Assembly: GCA_903910565.1 (NCBI GenBank)
Contig: CAIWAJ010000459.1
Location: forward strand, 1-37,894
From: an uncultured Rhodospirillales bacterium
GTDB lineage: Bacteria > Pseudomonadota > Alphaproteobacteria > Acetobacterales > Acetobacteraceae
Reading direction: 5' to 3'
Length of the DNA stretch: 37,894 nt
In this document: positions 9,416 through 17,914 of the stretch, one piece after another
How the letters are laid out: each line of letters opens with the position of its first letter
How positions within the stretch are numbered: the stretch's first letter is position 1
The notes under the pieces: model-generated
Seen by the model: only the letters and a program-made list of their open reading frames with translations
What the model was told of the DNA's origin: nothing
The model's database searches: none
Program-made: the position numbers and the translations under genes

Positions 9416-9745
9416 GTGAATGATATTGCGATTGCCTTGATTGCCTTGTTGGCGGGTTTGTTGGGCGGCGCTGCCGGTACAGCGCTCTTGCGGCGCAAAC
9501 CTGCCCCGCCTCCGGAACGGGTGGAGGACAAACGCCTGGCCGAGCTCGCCGAGGTGTTGAACCGTAGCAACCACGACATTCGCGGCGCGCTGTCACCGGC
9601 CCTGCTCATGGTGGAGCAGCTCGAGGGCCATACCGACGCCGCGGTGCGACAGACCGCGACATCGATTTCCCGCGCGATGGATCATGCAACGAGGATATGC
9701 CGGGAGGCGGCCGCGGCCGCTCGGCGCATATATGGCGGCGAGTAA
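9416..9745 (+). CDS. Small membrane-anchored protein with a HisKA (DHp)-like H-box and no ATPase domain
   Basis: 109 aa with a GTG start. One N-terminal TM segment (IAIALIALLAGLLGGAAGTALL) and an H-box-like NRSNHDIRGALSPALLMVEQL. High GC3 after the TM segment supports coding. Confidence 0.5.
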   Translation: MNDIAIALIALLAGLLGGAAGTALLRRKPAPPPERVEDKRLAELAEVLNRSNHDIRGALSPALLMVEQLEGHTDAAVRQTATSISRAMDHATRICREAAAAARRIYGGE

Positions 9746-9784
9746 GCGCGCCGCGCCACCATGGGCTGCTGGCGGTAGCTCCGG

Positions 9785-10405
9785 TTAGGCAAGCAGCCGG
9801 TCGATATCATCCTGCGGCAGATCGGGCCCGCGCGAGGGGTGATGGACGAAGGCAGGCAGCTCCTCAGCTTCGCTCTGCGGCGCTGGAGTTCCCGGCTCGA
9901 TCATGCCGCCAAGAACGGTTTCCACGCGCTCGAGATGCTCGATCGCGCGACGCACCCGCTGGCTGGTGAGGTCCTGGAACGCGCAGGCCTCAAAAATCGC
10001 GTTGATTTTATCGCTGACCCCGGCGACGCCCTCGGCATCCTTTGCACCGCTGCGCACCCAATCGTCGATCGCCTCTGCCGCCTCCATGATGCGATTTGCC
10101 GCGGCCTCGGTCATCTGGATGATGGATTCGAGTTCGAGCCCGCTGTTGCGGGCGTCCTGGCTGGGCGCCGCCACCACGCTCGCGATCTGTTCATGCACGC
10201 GTGCGATCTTCTCGGAGAGGTTGGCCTCGCTGTAGTCCATCAATTGGACCGCACCGTGCAATTCCGCGCTGAGTTCGGCGATCCGCCGGTCCACCAGGCG
10301 ATGCAGCGACGTAAACCCCGCCTCCGTCTCCGCGCGGACCGCCTCACGCAGCCGCGCATCGATGCCGGGGTCCAGGTCCGCCATAGCTGTCTCCGCTGTG
10401 CTCAT
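9785..10405 (-). CDS. CheZ-like protein phosphatase
   Basis: 206 aa from ATG 10405, with AGGTG 5 nt upstream. FQDLTSQRV matches the CheZ catalytic DLTGQ segment (Asp and Gln conserved). The acidic C-terminal tail DDIDRLLA resembles the CheY-binding peptide. Confidence 0.7.
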   Translation of the reverse strand: MSTAETAMADLDPGIDARLREAVRAETEAGFTSLHRLVDRRIAELSAELHGAVQLMDYSEANLSEKIARVHEQIASVVAAPSQDARNSGLELESIIQMTEAAANRIMEAAEAIDDWVRSGAKDAEGVAGVSDKINAIFEACAFQDLTSQRVRRAIEHLERVETVLGGMIEPGTPAPQSEAEELPAFVHHPSRGPDLPQDDIDRLLA

Positions 10406-10502
10406 GCGCACACCTAAACCCGCAAAATCTAACGGCAGGTAAAGCGCCTTGCTGCCACCTTGCCTCGTTGCCCGATCCGGAAGACATTTCGCTTCCCTGT
10501 TG

Positions 10503-11012
10503 ATGAAGGATACTGTCATGCCGGCTCTCCTCGCCTTGCTCGGTCTCCTCCTGGCCGCCATGCCTGCTCTGGCGCAAACCCTGCCCGGCGCCACCGAGGC
10601 GAGCCGCGCTGAGGCGCGCGCGCTGGTCGAGGCCATCGGTATGACCGCCCAGCTCCGCCAAATGGTCCCACCGCTCACACAATCGATGGTCCGAGTACTC
10701 GCTCAATCCAACCCCGAGAATGCGGCGGCGGCGCAACAGGCGGTGAACGAAATCATGATGCCGGAAATCCTCGCCCATCTCCCGGAGATGACTGACCTCG
10801 CGGTCGAGGTCTACGCGGCCCAGTTCGCGGCCGAGGAGCTGCATGGCCTGCGAGATTTCTACGCCACACCGCTCGGCAGGCGCCTCCTCGCCGCCCAGCC
10901 GCAGATCGCCCAGCAGATGTTCCAGATCGGCTCGGCCTGGGGCCAGCGTACCGCGCAAGCCGCCTTGATCAAGCACGCCGAGGAACTGCGCAAACGGGGC
11001 TTCAAGCTTTGA
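10503..11012 (+). CDS. Secreted DUF2059 domain protein
   Basis: 169 aa from ATG 10503. Signal peptide ...LAAMPALAQT, helical, with FYATPLGRRLLAAQPQI typical of DUF2059. Confidence 0.7.
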   Translation: MKDTVMPALLALLGLLLAAMPALAQTLPGATEASRAEARALVEAIGMTAQLRQMVPPLTQSMVRVLAQSNPENAAAAQQAVNEIMMPEILAHLPEMTDLAVEVYAAQFAAEELHGLRDFYATPLGRRLLAAQPQIAQQMFQIGSAWGQRTAQAALIKHAEELRKRGFKL

Positions 11013-11059
11013 GCTTAGCCTGATATCGACGCGGCCGAACGCCCAAGGAAGCCCAGGAC

Positions 11060-12130
11060 ATGCAATTCGGCATCGCGCTCGCCACTGACGCGGACTCGTG
11101 GAAGGTCGCCGCCCGTGCGGAGGAACTCGGCTTCAGCCACGCATGGTTCTACGACACCCAGATGCTGAGCGCCGATTGCTTCGTCGCCATGGGCGCGGCG
11201 GCGGTGAAGACCAGCCGCATCAGGCTCGGTACCGGCGTCCTGATCCCCTCTAACCGCATCGCCGCGGTCACCGCCAACGCCTTCGCCTCGCTCAACAAGC
11301 TCGCCCCCGGGCGGATCGACTTCGGCGTCGGCACAGGCTTCACCGGCCGGCGGGCCATGGGGCTCGGGGCGATCAAACTGTCGGAGATGGCCGAATATAT
11401 CCGCGTGGTGATGGCGCTGATGCGCGGCGAGATGGTGGAGACCACGATTGAGGGAGAACGGCGTAAAATCCGCTTTCTGAACCCTGAACTAGGCCTGATC
11501 AACACCACCGACCCCGTGGCGCTGCATCTCTCCGCCTACGGGCCGAAGGCGATGGCACTGACGGCGAAGCTCGGCGCCGGCTGGATCAACTTCGTCGGCG
11601 ACGAGGCCGGTGGCGCCAAGGCGATCGCTGGCATGCGCGGCGCGTGGACTGGCGCGGGGCATGACCCTTCTCGCCTCGGGGCGGTGGCCTTCGCGCTCGG
11701 CTGCGTCCTCGCGCCCGGTGAGGCTCTCGACAGCGCCCGCGCCATGGCGCAGGCCGGGCCCCGCGCGGCCGTGCTGCTGCATCGGGCCGCCGACGAAGCG
11801 CTGTCGGGCCTGCCCAACACCTCGCCGATTCCGCCGGAGGTGGCCGACGAGGTCGCCGGCTACGTCGCCATGGCCCGCGGCTTCACGCCGGCCGATGCAC
11901 CGTGGATCGAGAACCATCGCGGCCATCTGATGGTGGTAAAGGAAGAGGAGCGCCGCTTCATCACCCCCGAGCTGATCCGCCGCACCACGTTCACCGGCAC
12001 GCGGGAGGCGCTGGTGGAGCGCGTCGGTCGGCTACGGGATGCGGGGTATACGCAGTTCACGGTGCAACTCACGCCGGGGCAGGAAAGCGCCATAGAGGAT
12101 TGGGCTGGGGTGATGCGGGCTTTCAGGTGA
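11060..12130 (+). CDS. LLM-class (luciferase-like) flavin/F420-dependent oxidoreductase
   Basis: 356 aa. MQFGIAL...ELGFSHAWFYDTQML...RIRLGTGVLIPSNR...GRIDFGVGTG pattern. AAGGAAG SD upstream. Confidence 0.85.
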   Translation: MQFGIALATDADSWKVAARAEELGFSHAWFYDTQMLSADCFVAMGAAAVKTSRIRLGTGVLIPSNRIAAVTANAFASLNKLAPGRIDFGVGTGFTGRRAMGLGAIKLSEMAEYIRVVMALMRGEMVETTIEGERRKIRFLNPELGLINTTDPVALHLSAYGPKAMALTAKLGAGWINFVGDEAGGAKAIAGMRGAWTGAGHDPSRLGAVAFALGCVLAPGEALDSARAMAQAGPRAAVLLHRAADEALSGLPNTSPIPPEVADEVAGYVAMARGFTPADAPWIENHRGHLMVVKEEERRFITPELIRRTTFTGTREALVERVGRLRDAGYTQFTVQLTPGQESAIEDWAGVMRAFR

Positions 12131-12262
12131 AGAAAGCGGTTCTTTTTTGGAAAAAAGAACCAAAAAAATTTTTGTTTGTTTCGCTCAACACTCGCCTGGG
12201 AGAGCGGGCAACAAGCAGTTAGAAGTTTTTTGCTTCTTTTTTCCAAAAAAGAAGCGCTTTCT
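12131..12262. repeat. AT-rich nested-palindrome element, copy 2 (full, best preserved)
   Basis: AGAAAGCG-GTTCTTTTTTGGAAAAAAGAAC-CAAAAAAA... centre ...CGCCTGGGAGAGCGGGCA... GCTTCTTTTTTCCAAAAAAGAAGC-GCTTTCT. It fills the whole spacer between the convergent LLM and Na/Pi transporter genes. Confidence 0.95.
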
Positions 12263-13920
12263 TACTCTTCCACCCGCAACCGGCTCGGCAGCAACCCCCC
12301 GCCACTCTTCAACACCGGATAGGCCGCCGCAGCGACGAGATGCGCGTTGACCGCCTTGAGGTCCCTGAGCACGTCGAGATGCAGCGCGCTGGTTTCCGCC
12401 GAACCGGGCCGACCGCTGCGCAGCAGGTCGAAATGTGCCTGGGTCGCCGCCTCCTCGATGTCGCGGAACACCTCTTTCTCAGCGGCCAGCAGGCGGGCGG
12501 CACGCACATCGTCAGTCATCAGGACGGAGGCGGCTGAGTGGAGGTTGATCACCAGCCGAGCCAGCAGGCCGGTGATCTGTGCCAGGTCCGGCTCCGAGAA
12601 GGACAGGCCGCGCTTCTGCCGCTTCGAGGCGAGGTTCATCAGGTTGCCCTCGACCACATCGCCGGCGAGTTCGATGTTGTGGGCGAAGATCAGCAACTCT
12701 TCGACCCGCTGGTGGTCCGTCTCGGTCATCGCCTCGGCATCGAGCGAGCCGAGGTAGTCCTTGATGGCACGGTTAAGCTTATCGAGAATGTCGTCCATCC
12801 GCTTGGTCTCGGTGATCTGCCGACGGTCACCGGTTTCCAGAGCTGGGCGCACGCCTTGCAGCATCATCTCAAGCACGTCGGCGAGGCGGAGCGTCTCGCG
12901 CACCGCGGCGCCGATCGCCACGGAAGGAACTTCGCGCACTGCGCTTTGCAGATAGACGGGCTGCGACGGGTCGGCCGGGTCGACCCGATTGGGGAACCAC
13001 CGGCGCAGCAAGCCGGCGTAAGGGCCGAGCACAGGCAGGAACAGGGCGGCGAGCACCAGATTGAAGACGGTGTGGAAATCCGCCACCGCGCGGGCGGTGT
13101 CCGGCACCACCTGTACCAGCCAGGGCCCGATCCAGGGCAGGCCAGCCAGCACAACCGCACAGCCAAAGCTGCGCGTCAGCAGATTGCCGAACGGCAGGCG
13201 CTTGGCCGCCGCGTCGCCGCCGGCCACGCCTTCCAGCACCGGGTTGAGCGCGGTCCCGAGATTGGCGCCGAGCACCATCGCGAAGGCGGCATGTGGCGGG
13301 ATGACGCCCTTTGCGGCGAGCGACATGGTCAGCAACACCACCGCAACACTGGAATGAGCGGCCCAGGTGAGGATTGCCGCAAGCAGTACGTCGAGCACCG
13401 GCTCGGTTGAAATGGCACCAAGGAGCAGGCGCAGGCTTGGAACGTCCTCATAGGGGGTGATGAAGTCGAGCAGTTGGTGCAGCGACATCAGCATCAGACC
13501 GAGACCGATGGCGACGCGTCCAAGATCACGGGTGCGGCTGACATCGCCGCGACGGAACATCAGCACGCCGATGAGGAACAGGCTCGGCGCAAGGCCCGAC
13601 ACGTTGAACGACATCGCTTGGACGATCAGCGTGGTGCCGACATTGGCCCCGAGCATTACGGCCAGCCCAGGCACCAGGTCCAGAAGCCCCCCGGCGGCGA
13701 AACCGGTGATCATCAGCCCGGTCGCCGTGCTGCTCTGCAGTACGGCGGTGGCGCCGAGCCCGGCCAGGAAACCACGGACACGGTTGCGTAACGCGCCGGT
13801 CAGTACCCGCCGCAGCTGCGGCCCGAAGGCGCGTTGCACGCCGGTCTGCACCATGCGCACGCCCCACAGCAGCAGGGCGACGGTGCCGGCGAGATCGATC
13901 AGGGTGATAGGGAAGTTCAC
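12262..13920 (-). CDS. Na/Pi cotransporter family protein with C-terminal PhoU-like domain
   Basis: 552 aa from GTG 13920 ((M)NFPITLIDLAGTVALLLWGVRMVQTGVQRAFG, the typical N-terminus). The track ORF extension to 14115 overlaps the upstream gene. Confidence 0.85.
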   Translation of the reverse strand: MNFPITLIDLAGTVALLLWGVRMVQTGVQRAFGPQLRRVLTGALRNRVRGFLAGLGATAVLQSSTATGLMITGFAAGGLLDLVPGLAVMLGANVGTTLIVQAMSFNVSGLAPSLFLIGVLMFRRGDVSRTRDLGRVAIGLGLMLMSLHQLLDFITPYEDVPSLRLLLGAISTEPVLDVLLAAILTWAAHSSVAVVLLTMSLAAKGVIPPHAAFAMVLGANLGTALNPVLEGVAGGDAAAKRLPFGNLLTRSFGCAVVLAGLPWIGPWLVQVVPDTARAVADFHTVFNLVLAALFLPVLGPYAGLLRRWFPNRVDPADPSQPVYLQSAVREVPSVAIGAAVRETLRLADVLEMMLQGVRPALETGDRRQITETKRMDDILDKLNRAIKDYLGSLDAEAMTETDHQRVEELLIFAHNIELAGDVVEGNLMNLASKRQKRGLSFSEPDLAQITGLLARLVINLHSAASVLMTDDVRAARLLAAEKEVFRDIEEAATQAHFDLLRSGRPGSAETSALHLDVLRDLKAVNAHLVAAAAYPVLKSGGGLLPSRLRVEE

Positions 13921-13936
13921 GAACCGCTGGCCAGTG

Positions 13937-14824
13937 CTAGGCGAGGAGGCGGCCGGCGAGGCGCTCGAGCACCTTGAGCGGCGATTTCTCCGGCGTTGCC
14001 ATCGCCGCGACCGGCAGATGGAAGGTCTGCTCAAAGGCGCAGCGGCCCGCGAGGGCGGCGTGCAGTACCTGGTCAGTGAAGCACATCCAGGTCGTGCCGG
14101 CCGGGAATACGACATCTGCCTGAGGCGCGCGCTTCTGGTACTCCATATCGAGTTTTCCGGTATCGTGAAGCCCGAGCATGTACTGGTCGTACTGGGAGCG
14201 CCGCCCCTTGGTCAGCCCTAAGGCCGACATCGCCAGCGCCTGGCCGGGGAACATGCCCCTGACCCGCGGCAGGAAGGCTGCCGCGAACGTTGGGAACGGC
14301 TCGCCGACGCGCCAACGGCGCAGCGCCCCATCGGGCGCCGCGTTGTTGAATACCCGCAAGATCCGCCGCCCAGCGGTTGGCCGGGTGGGAAAGGCATCGA
14401 CATGCAACCTGCGATCGTCATGACGCGGAGAGTAGCTGCGGCCGCTGATTTCGGCTGGGCGGAAACTGGTGCGCGCCACTTCGAGCGCGGCGGCGTAGGA
14501 TGGAAAAAGTTGGCGAACCAGATGCTCGGCCGTCGAGGCATAGCGATCGAGCATGACGGTCAGCCGCTCGAGCTCCGGGCCCGCATGGTCGGAACCGCCA
14601 CATTTGCCGGTGCGAGGATCATAGCTGATGTTCTTGCGGCTGTTATCGAGCGCGGAGCTGTCAAGGAACGGGTATTCGGTTTCGTGCAAACGGAACTCAA
14701 GCCTGGGGATCATTACCACCCGCCCGTCCTCGAGCGCCGCTAGCGCGCGGGCTTGGTCTTCCGCAGAGATGGGTCCGTTCCATGACGGTATGGAGATCGC
14801 TTCGATCACATCGGTGGCATTCAT
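13937..14824 (-). CDS. kdoO: Kdo hydroxylase-like Fe(II)/2-oxoglutarate dioxygenase (KdoO family)
   Basis: 295 aa from ATG 14824, with AGGAG overlapping the upstream stop. RLHVDAFPTRP (HxD) and a distal TDQVLHAA His. The family call is from recalled KdoO motifs, not from a search. Confidence 0.65.
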   Translation of the reverse strand: MNATDVIEAISIPSWNGPISAEDQARALAALEDGRVVMIPRLEFRLHETEYPFLDSSALDNSRKNISYDPRTGKCGGSDHAGPELERLTVMLDRYASTAEHLVRQLFPSYAAALEVARTSFRPAEISGRSYSPRHDDRRLHVDAFPTRPTAGRRILRVFNNAAPDGALRRWRVGEPFPTFAAAFLPRVRGMFPGQALAMSALGLTKGRRSQYDQYMLGLHDTGKLDMEYQKRAPQADVVFPAGTTWMCFTDQVLHAALAGRCAFEQTFHLPVAAMATPEKSPLKVLERLAGRLLA

Positions 14825-14834
14825 CGCATCACTC

Positions 14835-15506
14835 CTATTCCCGCCGCAGGATCCGATCCTGCATGAAGCCGGACAAGCCGCCGGCCTTGAAGCTGGCGGT
14901 GATCTCGTCGGCATCATACGCCGAAGTCACCCAATCGCGGAAACTCAGCCGCCCCTCGGCCGTGGCCTGGTAGCGCAGCAGCACCGCGTCCAGAACGCCG
15001 GCGCGGGATCGCCGAAGATGGCCGTGCCACAGGCTCATCTGCCCCAACGCATCAGCGGCGTTACCGCCGTTCAGCAGAATGAACACGGCGGAGGCGAAGG
15101 CCGCGCGATCAGCGCCGGATTTGCAATGCAGCAGTGCCGGTTTGGGTGCGGCGTGGAGCGTTTCGGCGAGTTGCACCAATGTTGCGCGGTCCGGTGCGCG
15201 GCCGCTCGATAGCGCGATATCGAGGAGCGTCAGATCCAACCTGTCCGCCTGCTCGCGCGAAAGTGCGTCTGACCCGCTGCGCGTGGCACCGCGCAAGTTG
15301 ATCAAACTCCGCAACCCAACTTGCCGACGAGCCCGCACGAGCTGTCCAGGGGTGGGGTGGCTGCTGCGGTAGAGCACCCCGGGCACCACCACGCCCCAGT
15401 TACGCCAGATCAGACGTAGCGCAGCGTGGTCGATCAGCAAGCTGTCGACCCAAGCCACTGCTCGGCCACGGCGTGTCGAGAGATCGCCGCGGAAGATCGA
15501 CTCCAC
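14835..15506 (-). CDS. Cys-based (CX5R) protein-tyrosine / dual-specificity phosphatase family protein
   Basis: 223 aa with a GTG start. Active-site loop HCKSGADRAA (HCxxGxxR). Confidence 0.7.
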   Translation of the reverse strand: MESIFRGDLSTRRGRAVAWVDSLLIDHAALRLIWRNWGVVVPGVLYRSSHPTPGQLVRARRQVGLRSLINLRGATRSGSDALSREQADRLDLTLLDIALSSGRAPDRATLVQLAETLHAAPKPALLHCKSGADRAAFASAVFILLNGGNAADALGQMSLWHGHLRRSRAGVLDAVLLRYQATAEGRLSFRDWVTSAYDADEITASFKAGGLSGFMQDRILRRE

Positions 15507-15515
15507 GAGGTCGCC

Positions 15516-16037
15516 TCAGCGAGGTGGCAGCATACGGCGGAGAACGTCATCCCGCAGCACGTAGTGGTGCAGCAGCGCGGCCCCGGCGTGCAGTAGAGCG
15601 AGGATCACCAGGGTGTTGGCAGCAAGCTCATGCCAACCATTGATACTACGGCGGAGCACGCGGTCCGGATTCGCAGCGGCTGCGAACTGGAACAGCCCGA
15701 ACACGTTGCTGCCCCGCATCCAGGCATTCGCTACACCCATCACGATGGTGGCGATGATCAGCAGGTAAAGGACACCGTGGAGGAAACGGGCCGCCAGGGC
15801 CGCCACGCCAGGGTCTGCGGGTGGCCGACTGCGGCCGGACAAACGCAGCGCAATACGTCCAACCAGCACCGGCAGCAATACCAGGCCGAACAGAATATGC
15901 AGCGAGACGATCGACGGTTCGACGGCTTTGCCGAAACTATCGACGAGCTGCGCGAGAACCCAACCAAGGCTGATCAGCGCGGCGGTCGCCCAATGCAGGG
16001 TGATCGTGGTGTTGTCGTAGCGGAATGCGGTTGTCAT
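15516..16037 (-). CDS. Cytochrome b561 family protein
   Basis: 173 aa from ATG 16037. Four TM helices with heme-ligand His positions (TLHWATA..., SLHILFG..., GWHELAAN...HAGAALLHHY). Confidence 0.8.
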   Translation of the reverse strand: MTTAFRYDNTTITLHWATAALISLGWVLAQLVDSFGKAVEPSIVSLHILFGLVLLPVLVGRIALRLSGRSRPPADPGVAALAARFLHGVLYLLIIATIVMGVANAWMRGSNVFGLFQFAAAANPDRVLRRSINGWHELAANTLVILALLHAGAALLHHYVLRDDVLRRMLPPR

Positions 16038-16103
16038 CGTCCGGTTCTCATGTTGCTGCACTGCACAATATGGAGCGGAGATGGACACACTCAATCCATC
16101 GGC

Positions 16104-17060
16104 TCAACTGCTTCCGATCAGCACTCCGGTGATGAACACAAGTGCGCCACCGAAGCCCACCTGCATGGCGGCCGACAGCGGCGAGGTATCCATGTATTTC
16201 CAGCGTATCCAGGTGATCACGCCCAGCTCGGCAATTACCACAATAGCGGCCACGATGGTCGCGGTGAGGAAGCCTGGCAGCAGGAAGGGGAGCGTATGGC
16301 CGACCCCGCCCAACGTTGTCATCAACCCGCAGATCAGCCCACGAAGCCACGGCGCGCCACGGCCGGTGAGGCTGCCATTATCCGACAAGGCTTCCGCAAA
16401 GCCCATTGAAATGCCGGCACCGATCGACGCGGCCATGCCAACGAGGAAGGCGTCCCAGGAATTCTGGGTGGCAAAGGCGGCGGCAAATACGGGGGCGAGG
16501 GTGGAGACCGAGCCGTCCATGAGCCCGGCTAGACCCGGCTGGATCACCCGCAAAAGAAACAGCCGCCGAGCCGCCTCATCTTCCTGCGCCCGCACATCGG
16601 TGGTGAGGTTTTCCTGCATCAGGCGCTCGGCCCGGTGCTCGTGCTGGACCTCTGCTTCCGCGAGATCACCCAGCAGCTTACGGATCGAGGCGTCCTGGCT
16701 ACGGGCGGCGGCCTGGCGGTAGAAGCGCGCGGCCTCGAGTTCCATCTGCTCGGCCTGGCCGCGCACCACATCCAGTCGCAGTGGTTGGGTCTGCCAAACC
16801 GGCTTGCGGCCGACGAAGCCGCGCACGTCCTGCCGCCGGATCAGCGGAATGTGCTCGCCGAACTTCTCGCGATAGAGATCGATCAACCAGCGGCGGTGTT
16901 CATTCTCTTCCGCGGCCATGTCGATGAAGATTTGCGCCGATGCCGCATAATCAGCTCGCAACCCCTCGGCAAAATCAAGGTAGATGCGGCCATCTTCCTC
17001 CTCGGCCCCGATGGCCAAAGCGAGGATTTCCCGCTCGCTTAGATCGCTGAAATTGCGCAT
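16104..17060 (-). CDS. mbfA: Erythrin-VIT1 fusion (ferritin-like N-domain plus VIT1/CCC1 iron exporter), MbfA-like
   Basis: 318 aa. The N-terminal diiron-type EExH region (AAEENEHRRWL, EAEVQHEHRAE) is followed by a five-TM VIT1 domain. Confidence 0.75.
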   Translation of the reverse strand: MRNFSDLSEREILALAIGAEEEDGRIYLDFAEGLRADYAASAQIFIDMAAEENEHRRWLIDLYREKFGEHIPLIRRQDVRGFVGRKPVWQTQPLRLDVVRGQAEQMELEAARFYRQAAARSQDASIRKLLGDLAEAEVQHEHRAERLMQENLTTDVRAQEDEAARRLFLLRVIQPGLAGLMDGSVSTLAPVFAAAFATQNSWDAFLVGMAASIGAGISMGFAEALSDNGSLTGRGAPWLRGLICGLMTTLGGVGHTLPFLLPGFLTATIVAAIVVIAELGVITWIRWKYMDTSPLSAAMQVGFGGALVFITGVLIGSS

Positions 17061-17122
17061 GGCCAGCCCTCCAGTCCCGAATGCGCCAGCCTATCATGCC
17101 GCAGTGCAACAGGGGAGTGTGC

Positions 17123-17770
17123 TTATCCGACCACTTGCGGGGTCGACGGTGGCGTGAGGCCTGGAGTGACGAACTGGTCAGGCTCAGGCGCCCCGGCTAT
17201 GGTGGCGACCGGCAATACACCAGCCCAGATCGGCCATGAGGTATCCTCAGGGTTGTCCCCCGGCGGTGCGCTGCGCACCTTGGCGGAAGCCTCGGTGAGC
17301 TTCATCGCCAGCACTGAGGTTGCCTTGATCTCATAGTCATTGGGTGGACGCAGCCCATCCCAGCGGCCTGGAAAGAGCCGCTCGACGAAGATTTTCAACG
17401 CCGCCATTTTTTCCTGGGGATCGTTCACGAGCCGTGGGATGCCGAAGCACATCACCGAGCGATAATTAATCGAGTGATTGTAACCGGAGCGTGCCAGCAC
17501 GTAGCCGTCCATGATGGTGGCCGTGAGGCACACCTCACCGCCGGCACCATTGGCCCGCACCATGCGGCTAGCCGAACTGCCATGCCAGAATACCTCGTCA
17601 CCATCCCGCCAATGCAGGGTCGGGATCACCACGGGTCGGTCATTGATGATGTGCCCGACATGGCAGTGGTTCGCTGCGTCGAGGATCGCGTTGACGCTAT
17701 CGCGGTCATAATGTCCCCGTTCGTGCATGCGACGGAGGCGGGTGAAATCGGTCGGTGCTTTTGTTTCCAT
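17123..17770 (-). CDS. Pyridoxamine 5'-phosphate oxidase-related FMN-binding family protein
   Basis: 215 aa from ATG 17770 (METKAPTDFTRLRRMHERGHYDR...HVGHIINDRPVVIPTLHWRDGDEVFWHGS). Split-barrel family pattern. Confidence 0.7.
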   Translation of the reverse strand: METKAPTDFTRLRRMHERGHYDRDSVNAILDAANHCHVGHIINDRPVVIPTLHWRDGDEVFWHGSSASRMVRANGAGGEVCLTATIMDGYVLARSGYNHSINYRSVMCFGIPRLVNDPQEKMAALKIFVERLFPGRWDGLRPPNDYEIKATSVLAMKLTEASAKVRSAPPGDNPEDTSWPIWAGVLPVATIAGAPEPDQFVTPGLTPPSTPQVVG

Positions 17771-17860
17771 ACAGGCAGCATGACGCGGGATTGGTCTGAT
17801 GATAAAGACCGATCTTAGCATGTGATATTGGACCAATTGAAAGATGGTCGGAGAGAGTGA

Positions 17861-17914
17861 GAAGAAAGCGCTCCTTTTTTGAAAAAAAGGAGCAAAAAAC
17901 TTCTATCCTCTTGG
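17861..17914. repeat. AT-rich element, copy 3: solo arm only
   Basis: GAAGAAAGCG-CTCCTTTTTTGAAAAAAAGGAG-CAAAAAACTTCTATCCTCTTGG matches the arm consensus. No partner arm in 17915-17985. Confidence 0.85.

Noticed and set aside
17061-17122. Irr/ICE iron-control box or Mn riboswitch upstream of the MbfA-like gene
   Set aside because: There is no TTTAGAA-N3-TTCTAAA-like motif on either strand, and the 62-nt spacer is too short for a yybP-ykoY riboswitch.
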